Below are positions 13,401 through 25,923 of a stretch of 64,000 nt of DNA, piece by piece (position 1 is the stretch's first letter; each line of letters opens with the position of its first letter). The notes beneath the pieces are model-generated. The model saw only the letters and a program-made list of their open reading frames with translations. It searched no databases and was not told where the DNA came from. Source of the stretch: Styela clava. Taxonomy: Eukaryota. The stretch lies in contig NC_135261.1 in NCBI RefSeq assembly GCF_964204865.1, forward strand, positions 5,518,001 to 5,582,000, in the 5' to 3' direction. A program made the translations under genes and the position numbers.

Positions 13401-15342
13401 TTTGGCTCCCCGCGACTTGCTTTCCCCAGTAAAACTGTGTAATTATGATTTTCTAGTAATTTGAGCTCGAGTGATATATTTTACTGGTTTCAAAAATAAA
13501 CTTGACTTAACTTGGTTCGATGTTCGCTAAAATTGTTCTGCGGACAGCACAGAATGTGTCCGCGGACCGCATGCGGCCAGGGTTTGGACCACTCACATAT
13601 CACATTATTGATATCAATATAACTTGGTGTACCTTATCCTCCACAGAGCTCATAAACAATCTGATGTTGCATCTCTTCGACCACGTGTCTCTCACGTGAC
13701 TTGCCTTCTTCTCCAATGTTGCTGGTGACGTCATAATCCAGCACAAAACACGAACTTTCTGGTAAAGTTGTTCTGCTGTCGTGTTGTCCTCTGTACATTT
13801 AAAATAAATTATTTAAAGGTGTTTGGACATGAATAGATCGTTTGGACGACTTGGTTTCGAATTTTTATTGTTACAATTGATTTCCCTTGTTTTCCGGCAT
13901 CTTTATATCAGTGGTTCTCAAACGTTAGGGCGCGCTCCAGAAGGGGCGGGGCGTAAAGCTAATTAAAAGTAAAAATATCTATTAGATTTGATTTTTCTCG
14001 CCTTATTTTGTATTTACATTTTTTACTTTCGCCTTACTATCTGTTATTTGTAGCTTTTTGTTTGCTAGTTATCTTTGCGGTGGGGCGCGACACTTGACAA
14101 CTTCTAAAAAGGGGGCGCGGCTTAAAAGTTTGAGAACAACTGCTCTATATAAACTACCATATGGCAATTTAGCTTTCGTATCCGTTTATTTTAGAGTTAC
14201 CAAGCGAACATACAATACTTTTGGAAAGCTTAACTTTTAAAGTCATGTGCAGTTGTCACTCACTAATTTCTCTCTTTCAAGGAGGCTATAAATACCTTCA
14301 AGACAAGATGAATTTACAAAAAACTAATTGCTCAATATCATATCTTATATTTGTATTATGCAATTCAAGTATTTGGTATTGGAGTTTTATTCTTGCTTCA
14401 GCATCCTTGCATTATACGCATACGGGTCCACTAATACAAAGGCGTTAAGGAAAAATAGGGAGTTAGTCTCGTGTAATGTATATTGATAGTTATATTTGTA
14501 TATTTAAATCATTACACACGGGCATTAAATGCTATTTTCCCTCTTCTCTATAATTCTCCGAGTGACTGAATTTCAGTATGTTCTTACCAGCGTCCGCATA
14601 AACCGGAGCCACAATCTTCGGCGGCACAATTGTTCTTGTTTCACTACTTTCTTCTAAATAATCAACTTTCCTCCCGACAACGATCTTGTTCCCTGAATCT
14701 GGATCTTCATAATCTTTCCGGGCAATTTCATGCGCAGCACCAACGCCCCTGTGAAAATACAATAAAGAAACTGTTAAGGGGCGCAGTCACGAATATTTTA
14801 AAGTATGGGGGTACTCGATACTATTTTAGACAAGTAAGTAACCATATATCTTAATTCCGAGCGAGGGTCGGCACGAAACATTTTTGGAATTCAGTTCTTG
14901 ATTATGTGTGTAAATTAGTTGGTAACTCATCATTCCCCCCCTGTGCAGTGGCGGACAAGAATTGTACGATAAAATGCGCTCCTGAAGTAGGTGTACCCAT
15001 ATGGAGGAAACTAATTTGTTCGCCTACTTTATATCAACTTGTGTAAAGAGACTGAAACCTATGGGCAGGGGTATAGTCACTTGGCTAACACAGACAGTCC
15101 CCAAACTCGTAATAGAACTAAAATAAGGAAAATCGGACTAAAATTATGACCTAACCCTGACCTGGTATACATACTATGGAGTACCCGATAAAATTCATAA
15201 ATTTCTGAATATGGAAAGAAAGATCAACTCACCATACACTATGCATTGTCATCGACTGGTAATAGAAAAGCATCAGTGTGAATCCTGTTCCGAATACAAG
15301 TCCACACATAAATGCTAACGATATATACTTAAAAACTGCCAT
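7487..15342 (-). CDS. C1GALT1: Glycoprotein-N-acetylgalactosamine 3-beta-galactosyltransferase 1 (core 1 synthase/T-synthase), 7 coding exons, 361 aa
   Basis: Exons 15342-15233, 14748-14588, 13790-13633, 11584-11427, 10179-10054, 8607-8385, 7636-7487, all GT-AG with consistent phases (1086 nt). N-terminal signal anchor [28 protein letters not shown]. Family motifs [34 protein letters not shown] (DxD), [36 protein letters not shown], ending RYPKLPYET*. Confidence 0.95.
8938..9131. mobile_element. hAT-type MITE
   Basis: CAGTGGTTCCCAA...TTGGGAATCACTG, TSD GTGTAGTG/GTGTAGTA. Confidence 0.7.
10394..10641 (-). mobile_element. Helentron-associated (HINE/DINE-1-like) non-autonomous element
   Basis: Subterminal IR TGGACACGTAG/CTACGTGTCCA, terminal stem-loop GAGCTATGCTC, no TSD. 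Copies at 25689-25923, 25241-25445 and ~30455-30630; diverged relatives at ~9418-9770 and ~735-1070. Confidence 0.6.
11638..11818. mobile_element. hAT-type MITE (copy of the 5358 family)
   Basis: Near-identical to 5358-5546; 8-bp TSD GACTTATG. Confidence 0.8.
13909..14142. mobile_element. hAT-type MITE
   Basis: CAGTGGTTCTCAAAC...GTTTGAGAACAACTG, TSD CTTTATAT/CTCTATAT. A copy at ~24731-25532 carries two nested insertions. Confidence 0.75.
14975..15185. mobile_element. Merlin-like MITE (same family), in a C1GALT1 intron
   Basis: 8-bp TSD CGATAAAA (14967-14974 and 15186-15193); shared internal CCCTAACCCTGACCTGGTA block. Confidence 0.75.
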
Positions 15343-17052
15343 TTTTACACTAAAATTAACCTAAAATAAACAAGAATAATAAACTAATCATAAATTCTGG
15401 AAAATCGTTCAGAGGGTCGCTCATATAAATATTTCGGATTCATATCTATAAAGCGGATAAGATGGCTACAAGAAACTACTAATTCACTTGAGAGCTATTA
15501 AACGAAATCATTTTTGCTAAAAATTGAAAAACTTTTTGCCAAACTGTATCTTGGTAAGTGCAATTGCTATATTAACTTAATTAAATTAACTATTCAATAA
15601 TAATAAACAAATCATAAAAATTCTGGAAAATATTTTAAAGGGACGCCTGTGGTGTCTAGAGTCTTTTTCTACCATTGGCAAGAGTGACACCGGGATATCA
15701 GTTTGCTAAAATGTATCTCAAAGTCCAAATTCTGTTAGTATTCAATGTTTGACTTTCCCCCTCAGTAGGATTTAATGTTAGATTCGCTCCCTCATAGGTG
15801 ACGCTGCCCGATAACCATAACTGGTTTATCGCGTCTGCCTTCAAGGAAATGCATTTTTTATTATTCTTAATTCTGTTTGTACAATGTGTGCTTTCGGCAT
15901 ATGAAATTTTGGAATGCTTTTGTCCATTTATGATACAATGGTCGTGATTTACAGATAAGGGTATGTCAGGCTGAATACTATATTTTTTCACTCTTTGCTA
16001 TTCAACCATATTGTTGATAGATAGATCGACAAAAGGCGGCAAAGGTAACACTGTGATAATGATGTAGCAAAGTTAGTAACATTTAAAGGTAATACAATTT
16101 ATACTCATTGCTCAAATGAGATACCTTGGCACATTACTCCCTCTTCCCTCATTGAACAAAATTTTGCAACGTATATATTTTTTAAAGCGATTTTGCGGTA
16201 TTTGCAATGAGACACTAAAACGTACATCTTTTTTAATACTATTTTGCTATTCGCGAGCAATTCATTGATAACGTGCCGTATTTGGTTTACTATCAATACT
16301 TCCTCCAAACGACCCAATCAAGAAACTGCGCTTTGGGTCAACTCGGATAACTTCAGCCGCGAAATAAGTCTGGGGATAGCTTCTTTAAGATATCTTTATA
16401 TATCAATGTCTGCTTGCATCTAGCCTTGTTCAGAACGAAAAGCGGCAAGCGTATTAGAAATGCTCCCTCCAAATGTTGGCCTGCCTTTGCCCTTGTTTTA
16501 ACAGAAGCAAAAACATTGATTCAAATATCGTAACGAAGCAGGAAGCAATTTGATACCTAGTTAAGACGTGGGTAGCATTGTAATCAGTCACCAATGTCAT
16601 GGTTGAGGTATATAGATAGATAGGTTATTTTGAAAACTTCATTATACACACAAATTAAAAGTAGAGAATTCTGGAAACCAAGCAAACCAAAGTTTAAAAC
16701 ATGAAAAATACCATATGCCCGCTCACCAGCAAACACACAGAAAAAGTTACAAAGATCACAAACCTAGTCGAACGAGGCTTGGGACATAAATGAATAAATA
16801 AAAATACTCAAATGTATTGAACTTTCAGGCTGTTATACTTTTAAAACACTTAGGAGGGCAGTAACATTTGATAATTCAAAATATTGTGACATCAACACAT
16901 AATTTACACTCGCATTAAGCACAGATTGTGAGTACCGGTAAATAAACTAATCAAGAGAGCTTTTAGCCGCGAACGATTTCTGAAATATTTGCGGTGATGC
17001 AAATACGTGACAGATTCTAAGCAGACACATTGTGATTAAACTATACTACTGA

Positions 17053-17384
17053 ATAGTATGATAACTAACCGCATATTACGTGCTAGATACCTTAATGCTC
17101 GGAACATTTACGCCTCGGTCTTAGATATAACTATGGCGTTTCGTACATACTATATCTATTGCCAAGCTATTTCCTTATAAAGTGCTAAACATTACCACTC
17201 AAACTAAGGCTTTGGACAATAGTATGATAACTAACCGCAAACTACGTGCTAGATAACTTAAAGCTCAAACAATTACGCCCAGCACTTACTTTAGCTCCGG
17301 CGTTTTGCACATACACTAATCTATTATCAAGCTATTTTCTATTGAAGTGCTAAATATTAACGCTCAAACCAAGGCTCTAGGCAA
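17053..17384. repeat. Diverged tandem duplication, ~166-bp period
   Basis: ATAGTATGATAACTAACCGCA at 17053 and 17219. Confidence 0.8.
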
Positions 17385-17518
17385 GAATTCAGGGCTGAAA
17401 TCCACCAGTTTTTTTGACCCATTGGTTCTGCAACGTTTATAATTTGCGGTCCTATTCTAAGGAGTCTCAAAACCCCGTGGCCATCTTCTCTTCAATAGAA
17501 AATATAATTTTGTTTTTT

Positions 17519-17569
17519 AACCCGTTTCCGTCAGTAACCCGTTTCCGTCAGTAACCCGTTTCCGTCAGT
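17519..17569. repeat. 17-bp tandem repeat x3
   Basis: AACCCGTTTCCGTCAGT repeated three times. Confidence 0.9.
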
Positions 17570-18074
17570 TTTCGCCGCGTTTAATATTAAAAATCTAACA
17601 AACAAATGTAAAAATAAATGCATTGCATTCAAAGAATTAAGCAAATCAGAGTAAATTTAGTTTAAATTAATGTAAACATCGCAAATTGCACCTAAGAAGG
17701 GCCTTTTCTCGTGGCCCCCAAATAATTACTCCGTGGCCCCATGAGGGTCGATAAGTGGCGCAGGCAGAGGGGAGGGGTCGTAGTCCAAAATTTTAGATTC
17801 TCGTAGTTGTCATAGAGTGAATGTTTCACGCGATAGAAAATTCATTACACGCTAACAAAGTCGCCTTATTTAACGAGCACGTAATCGCGGCGATGCAGGG
17901 AAATATGTCTCAAAATTGTCGTATTGCACTCTTATCCAACTTGTCCCAATTGTATGAAGCACGCTTCATATGAATACACTAACCTTTTGCCAAAGTATTA
18001 TATCTATCCTAACCTAGAACATACCGTAAATTCCGCATTATATGCTTATATTAACCATTTGCATTGCTTATATA

Positions 18075-18280
18075 CAGGGTGTCCATAAAGTCCCTTCACA
18101 ATTCCAATTTTGTTATGAAGTCAGTTCTCAATATATCTTAACCAGGTTTGTTGTATTTTAATCAGTAATTGCTTAAGTATTTTTACTTCATTTAATACAT
18201 CTGTGAGAGCCAAAACAGTATATGGTATCGATAAATGGCCTTTGCAATTTTAAAATTTTTCAAGACATTATGGAAACCCT
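18075..18280. mobile_element. Tc1/mariner-type MITE
   Basis: TA|CAGGGTGTCCATAA...TTATGGAAACCCTA termini. Relatives at ~26032, 44045-44232 and 50370-50442. Confidence 0.6.
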
Positions 18281-21200
18281 AAATATATATATATATATAC
18301 TCAAACTCAGAACAGCGGGACAATTGCAGCGAAGGAGGAATATATTTTTCAGACGTAGTTAGGCCTATAAAGTTTTAGCATAAATACCAACCTTCAAGCA
18401 CCTTCTCATAACCAAACAATTAGTCAAACTAAATCTTTTTATTATAAAGAATAACCTGCCTGCTGAGATCGCTAATAGTTAATCACAATCTTGCGCCCTA
18501 TTCAGACCGCTCATAATTTTATAATTAAAAGCCACACATACAAAATGAAATGCCTCAATCAGAAAATTTGCATATTACACCTCTAATACCGTATATAAAA
18601 TATATCCCTCCAATTTCCCTCTTATATCTATTTGCAGGTAGCCATTCTACGCCATCTTTTACTTAGGTCGCTATCTCGTAGATAAGCGACCCGCATTCGT
18701 CACGTAGGCTTAATACGAAAGCAGGATGTCAAACAATGAAGAGTTAGTCACAGGAAACTATAGTCTATCTTGAATCTAATTTGAATCTATTCCAAACCTT
18801 TCGCGAACGCAATGCCCTGCATTACCTACTGACTGACTATTTTAATATGAAAGGGGTCACGGTCACGCACCACACGGCTTTGTGATGGTTTTTGCACGTT
18901 TTTACAAGGTTTCTAGTGCTTTTTGACGGTCGCACGGAGTTCGATACCCGGTCAATACAGAAAAAATTGCATTTTAACATCTTGCAAAATGTGTAATACG
19001 TTATTAGGTGAGCTATTTGCAAACAAATTCTAATTTCTGATACCTGCTATGTACTGTTGCCTTCTTGTGTGGAAAAATTTTTGAGGCGAATAGTGAGCTT
19101 AAGTATCGGAGTCTTGAATATAATAACGTTTTCACTTCTCAAACACGGGTCTAAAGCTTGGTTTAGGAACTGTCATTATTTTAGCAACTAACTCTTTCGG
19201 GGAGGTTGAATATTTATCAAGAGAGTGAAGTTTATCTGATATATTGCAACGTAAGGTTGAATGGGGGTAGAATTCATCCTTTGAAAAGAAAAGACGATGA
19301 GAAGATGGCTTAACCACATGGCGAACGTGCCACCAGACTAAGCCAGGTATGGATAAGGGATCCTATGCTCTACCCACAGACCTAAAATCCCCAGTGCGTT
19401 AAATTAGCTAGTGACTTTACTGTTCGTTCAAAGCAATTTTAAATCGAATTCGAATAAAACTCTCTCGTAGTAGTCATATTCATTCCAAGTACCTTACTCC
19501 ACACCTGACATGGGCAAATCCGGTCCGTTGGGTTAATCAATCTGTTGCTGAAACAACCTAACTAAGCCCAAATTTTGATGTTTCAGCTGAAAATAACTCA
19601 AAGAATTTGTTGAAATTGCGATTAAATTTAGTTTCGTCACGAGGTTTATTTTTTTCCACTTTTGCTTTTATAACTGTATTGTTCATGAAATGCAACTTTT
19701 TACGTTATACTCACATGGCCCGCCAGTCTAGGTGGGCCAAATTTTTGCCCCCTGGTCCAAAAACCTTGGCCACCTCTGCTCTACACCACAAGCACCTTAA
19801 CTATCAATTTGTTAAAAGCGCCCACATTACAAAACTCAACTCTATGGCCTGTTGAACGCCGATATATTCAGAACCTCAACAATACAACTCCCAAACCAAA
19901 GCGAAATTCTTCTGAACTTAAGAACAATAGGGAGACGTGTTATCTTTAGACGTTCAAATCTCGCAAAGCAAAGGTTTTATTTAATAACGTATCAAGTATC
20001 CTCCCTTTTACTGTATTTATTTATTCCAAACAAGAATAGGAGTTAACTATTGTATTTCATTGTCGACTGGCGGTTTACAGCGAGGTGTATTCTTAGAAAA
20101 ACATTCCCAAATAACTGTGAATTTATGGTAAACTTTTAGTTTATTTTAATTACATTTCCTGCGTCACTCGGAAGACGAAATCCAGCGATCGTTTGTAAAC
20201 GACTCCCTATGCTTTGCGACGGCTTATATAACAGCAACAGGAAGGTTGCCAGTTTGGTATGCGATCTCCTCGTTATAAAAATACTTTGGCACGTGATCTC
20301 ATTTGCTTAACGTGATCTCAATCTCATAAATACATTCTCATATAATTTCAGTTCCCAATCCTTTCATCGTTGTGTTCGAGTTAGTTTAGTAAATTATTGG
20401 GCGCTTAGTATGTTAACCAAGATGGCGGACAACGGAACATAGTATGTGTACCAGGTTAGGGTTAGAATATAATTTTATTCCAATTTTCCCTTTTTTAGTT
20501 CTATTACGAGTTTGGGGACTAGCCAAGTGACTCCCGTAGTATTTGTATCGGAAATTATGGCGTAACTCTAACCTGGTACACATACTACGTTCCGGTGTCC
20601 GCCATCTTGGTTCACATTCTACGGGAGTACCCATTATGGTTACATTGAATTTACGCTGGCTTTAACACATTTTAGTCATTGAAATATTATGGAATCGATT
20701 TAAATTAGAAACTAGCTATCGGATATTTTATTATATTTATTGTTAGATTGAATTAGAGTCGGCGATATTGCAAACTTTGTCCTCGAAAATATCTGGGCTT
20801 TTTTTCCTAATTCGTTACTTAGTGTCACCGAAAGAACATGACCGTCACTTAGGATCCTAGGAACATTGCTTCGCCTTCGCCGCTGAGTAAATGTTTTCTC
20901 AAATGCCACAAAAAACTTTTCATGAGTTAAAATAAAACAGCAAAATTTTAGATTGAATACCCAGTCCCACATTCTGCAATAATCTTTAGTTTAGTCTTAA
21001 ATCTAAAGCGCACTTACTAAATTACAACTTCAAAACACAGGGATCACGCAATCGCTCATATCGCATAATGAAGTGGCTTCAACAGGAAGTATTTGGTGAA
21101 CATGTATGGTCCTGGCATACGCCGGGTTATATTGCACCGTATAACTTTAAACTGTTTCTTCACTATCCTTGTGCCAAATTGCCAAATATATGGCTCACTA

Positions 21201-22386
21201 TTTTGAATGTTAATTGAATGCCAATCGTTTATAGCGCAAATCTATAATGTGGCTATTTATACTCTCAATAGCGCTGGGCACTACATTGGCCGTCGATAAC
21301 TTCGCTCAGACTCTTTTTATTTCTGAATGAGTGAGCGTGGCCTTGCTTTGAACAAATTTTCTTAAAAACAAACAAGGTCTCTCGGGATCTTTTATACAAA
21401 GCCTTCGCCACTAATGCAAAAATGTAAGATTTGAGAAAAACATTCCCGCCACGTTTTAAAATAACAAATGAGTAAGTACAGTATCCAGTTGGGGTTTGGG
21501 TTGAAAATGCTTTAAAATTTGTAATCGTAATCTGCATTTATAAATAGATACAGGCGCAAACTTTTGCAAATAGTTGTCTTGCAGAAAAAAGTTGTTGAAA
21601 GGTATTGGGTTAGGTTAGAAATAGAATATAGCTTGTATTTTGAATCTAACTATATCGTTGTCAAAATTTCTCTTCTGCTTATATTGTTTATTATTAGAAC
21701 CATTATTAGAATTGCCACTTTTTGTGTTATTATTCCCTTTTTAACAGAGGTTCGATAGCATCTTATACTGTAATTCCTAAACTTATATTGCCAACTTGTC
21801 AGAACTTTTATTCCAAAAGTTGTAATACCCGATCAATGAAAAAGATTGTTTCCGAAGTCGTGATGTGGATACGTTTATAAATTATTTTATTGCCCAATTC
21901 CAACTTCGAACATGACTTACAAAACGAAATCTGATACGACTTATTAAAAATCGGCAATCTTTTTTGATACATCCCCCTATTTTATGGCTATTTTAAAACT
22001 CAGCAATTCTTTCTTTTTAAGCTCAGCTTATTCGCTATACAATCTTGGATGAGGCATTTAACCAGTAATATGAGTAACAGCACTTAGGCTTTTGTACAGT
22101 TTGAATATTCCATGTGTGCATTACATTACTTTAATGATATATAAGTCACGGATATTAGTGTTACCGGACACAAATTACAAAGCAAAATTGATTTCCCAAA
22201 ACAGTAAAATTACCAATAGGAGCTGCTTCTTAAAATGGGAAATACTCCCTTAAAGTCCTAAAGAAACAGGAGCAGTTTCCCATCACTCCAATCTACCAAT
22301 CAGCGAATGTATTCGTGTCTTACAACCTTTCTACCCTAGCCCTCATAGACTTTACCTTTAAGACTATCCTGAGGGTGCCTCTACTT

Positions 22387-22698
22387 CAGGGGTCGGCAAC
22401 CTTTTGCTCGCGGGCCAAAATTAAGGGTTGCAAGTCATTAGCGGGCCGCACATATTTTTAAAAAGTTGAAAACCGAACGGATGATACTTTTTATAATAAA
22501 AATCAAGCAGTGATAAATCTCTCGAACAGACTATAGATTTATTTCCTCATTGCTTGCATCTCAAAAAATTCCATTTTAATATTTTCGACGCCAACGCCAA
22601 CTTTTCTGCGTTTCGTTGCCATTTGTCTAATTATAATTTTTTATAGGCTCATTAAACGGGCCGGACCTGGCCCGCGGGCCGTGGGTTGCCAACTTCTG
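22387..22698. mobile_element. hAT-type MITE
   Basis: CAGGGGTCGGCAACC...GGTTGCCAACTTCTG with perfect TSD CTCTACTT. Inverted relative at ~53649-53891. Confidence 0.75.
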
Positions 22699-22784
22699 CT
22701 CTACTTAATAACCAGTATTGGTTTTCCTTGTCTCCCTTCACCCTGAAATACGATATTTTTAACGCTCCTTAACTTTGTCTGGTG

Positions 22785-23189
22785 CAGGGGTTCCCAAGCT
22801 TTTTTTAGAACGACCCCAATAACAACTTTTAAGTGTCCAGTGCGACCCCAGGTCAATATATATATTTTTCTTGAAACTTTGGAGCTTCTTTCACTGGACT
22901 TTTGAGTTTGGTCATGTGGTGATATTAAGTAAAATAAGCTAAAACCAAACAGTGATGTCACAATAAGCACCTACATTTTCTATAGAAAAAGCATGGAGCG
23001 ATGCCTATGGGCCTGTTTTACTGTAAGCCATGGTACAAGCTGCTAAATTTCACATGATTTATCAAATCTTAGATGTTTTGTACATCCATCCTCCACCATA
23101 CCTCAGCGACCCCATGACCTGTTTGCGACCCCACCTAATTATCACTCCGACCCAATTTGGGGTCGCGACCCCTGGTTTGGGAATCCCTG
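22785..23189. mobile_element. hAT-type MITE
   Basis: CAGGGGTTCCCAA...TTGGGAATCCCTG, TSD GTCTGGTG/GTCTAGTG. Confidence 0.7.
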
Positions 23190-23802
23190 GTCTAGTGAGT
23201 ATTTTCAGCACGGTGAAGAAATAAACTACTGATTGCTCGTCTGCTCGATAATATTTTACCTTGGCATTCGATGCTCGTGATCTGGACTCGATCTAGTTTG
23301 ACATTGCACACGAGGTGAATACAATAACACAATAACCATTTGATGGAATCATTCCGCCCACCATGTTCAGCTTCCTTTTCGATTTGTTCATAATTTATGA
23401 CTAAATATATATAGTTTATTTACGGCCAGTCGTCAATTGCTTGAGTGGATTCCGTGACTATTGATTTCTAACACGATTGACATTGTCCATGAATTCTTAA
23501 AAAATTTTAAAATCGCAAAGGGGATTTATTAATACCATATCTTGTTTTGTCCCTCACAGATGTATTGAATGAATAAAAATACTTAAAACAATTACTAATT
23601 AAAAAACAACAAACCTGGTCAAAATTTATTGAGAACTGATTTCCTTACCAAAGGGATTTTAATACACAGGGCTGGAAAAATCGGACAGAATTTGGCAGAT
23701 GATAGATTAGCATCCCTCAATTTTACTTTGTATTTGGTTTATTCTCACATTTTTTATTTACAAAGAATCACTATAATTCATATTTATGAACACAATATAA
23801 AC

Positions 23803-24001
23803 GGCACTCCAGAAGTGTGTGTACCAATATAGAGGCAACTAATTTTGCCCGCCTACTTTACATCAAGTTGTGTAAAAGGAATGAAACCTATGAGAAGGGG
23901 GTATATTCACTTGGCTAGAACTCGTTATAGAACTAAAATATAGAAAATCAGAATAAAATTATGACCCAACCCTAACCTGGTACACACACTACGTGAGTAC
24001 C
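23803..24001. mobile_element. Merlin-like MITE (same family)
   Basis: GGCACTCC...GAGTACC with 8-bp TSD ATATAAAC. Other or partial copies at ~541-735, 20412-20631, 26221-26392, 27958-28062, 41540-41683 and 63092-63250. Confidence 0.75.
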
Positions 24002-24845
24002 ATATAAACTTTCCAAACTGTGCAAAAACCTAAGTTTGAGTTGCGCATAATATAGCTTGTAATTCATTGGAAGAATAACCAATAAATTGATTTCTCCATA
24101 ACTAATAAGTCATTCATTTCAACTTTTTGGTATTTGTTCCCTTTTTTACATGATTTTGTTGTCACCACTGTACAGGGCAATTAATAGCCTCACTCCACCA
24201 TCACTGAAACCAACCTGACCTTTCCTGTTTAATTTGTGAAATAAATTTTGTAAAATTCAAATGCTATGCACTGACCAAATCCCAAGCATCCGGTGTTCTA
24301 TATTCAGAAATAGAATCAAATCTATAGAATTTGTCTAAATCCTAGTTTCTTGCTGAAATATAGCTCAACGTTTTCATATATTGCCGAGTTTGTTCTGCTC
24401 TGGGCTGGTTGCTTTACCCACTGATGTACAGTATATTCTAATTCACGCCTTCACATGATAAAGTAGCGAAACGTCTCAACAAATGGCCGAGCTTATTCTG
24501 CTGTGAGGTTGATTCACAAAGTACAGGCTGATCATTCTATGTTTATCAGTATCTTATCTAAAGGCCTACAGCTTGCTAAATAAATAGAAGGCCGTACGAC
24601 ACTTATAATACATTGTAACGAATTGCTTATTTAATTAGCATTTTGCTGTAATCATACTGGATGTTCATAATATAAATCTATAAAAATAACGAACAACTCG
24701 GGGTTCGGTGGTTGACGCATTGTGTTATGTCAGTGGTTCTCAAACGATGGGGCGCGCCCCACAAGAAGAGCGTAGGCAATTTTTTGAGGGGGCGTGAAGC
24801 TAATTAAAAATAAAAATATTTGTTAGATTTGATCTTACCCGCCTT

Positions 24846-25150
24846 ATTACTTATCGATTTTAATATCGGTAAGTTTGTTGATAGGTATTTGTCTGTCTGT
24901 ATGTCTGTGTGTTAGATGCACGCGATATCTCACGAAAGCGAAGTTGAATCTGCTCCAAATTTTGCATGTGCATTCATCATAGCTCGGATCAGAAGCCTAT
25001 TGATTTTGGATGGATTTTGTCTTATGATTAGCGAGTTATTATTTAATTAGTGATGGGACACACGGTGTCACTATGGAGTAAGACCACTGTTTTGGGGGAT
25101 CCCCTAACCTTCGATCGATGGGTCTCCGGTTTCTAACCGATATTCTAGTT
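24846..25150 (+). mobile_element. Second DINE/HINE-like family, nested in a hAT MITE
   Basis: (GTCT)n microsatellite near the 5' end, 3' hairpin CGGTTTCTAACCG followed by CTAGTTT, inserted in a T-run without TSD. Confidence 0.55.
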
Positions 25151-25688
25151 TGTTTCATTATTTAAGCTCTATTCAACGTGTTTTTTAATAAAACGTACTT
25201 TCGCCTTACTATCTGTTAACTGTAGCTTATTGTTAGCTAGTTGGACAAGTAACGATCGTTTCAATATTATGTTGTTCTTGTTCTTTGACGCGTTTTAAAG
25301 AAATCGCTTTTCTCTTTGATTACTGGACCAATTAGTTTAAAAGATGGATTTTTTCTACAGAAGGCTATTACTTCTATTTTTTGCTATGACGTCTTCAAAA
25401 ATATGTGGCGCTACGTGTCCATATATTTGAGCATAGCTCTCTTGTTATTTTTGAGGTGGGGCGCGAGACTTGACAAAGTCTAACAACGACTTGACAAAGT
25501 GGGGCGCGGCTTAAAAAGTTTGAGAACCAATGAGCTAAACGTTAGAAATACGCTTACCATCGAATTTCTGATTTTCCTGCTTGGGAGGTCAGTAACCGGA
25601 TGAGAGGTCATGGTACGCAAATGATAAGAGCCGTTTTATCGACTTTCTCATTCCTCGGAATATATTCCTATCATATCCTGAGATAATG

Positions 25689-25923
25689 ACAAGAGAGCTA
25701 TGCTCAAATATATGGACACGTAGAGTCACATAATTTTGATGACGTCATAGCGAGAAAAAAAAGTAATAGCCTTCTGGAGAAAATTTTTATCTTTAACCAC
25801 TGAAAATTTCAAAGCAATTGGTCCAGTATTCGAAGAGGAAAGCGACTTTTTAAAAACGTGTCAAAGAACAACAACAACAACATAATATTGAAACGATCGT
25901 TATGTCCACTACGTGTCCAATAA
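25689..25923 (-). mobile_element. HINE/DINE-1-like element (copy)
   Basis: Highly similar to 10394-10641, with an (AAC)n tract. Confidence 0.6.
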
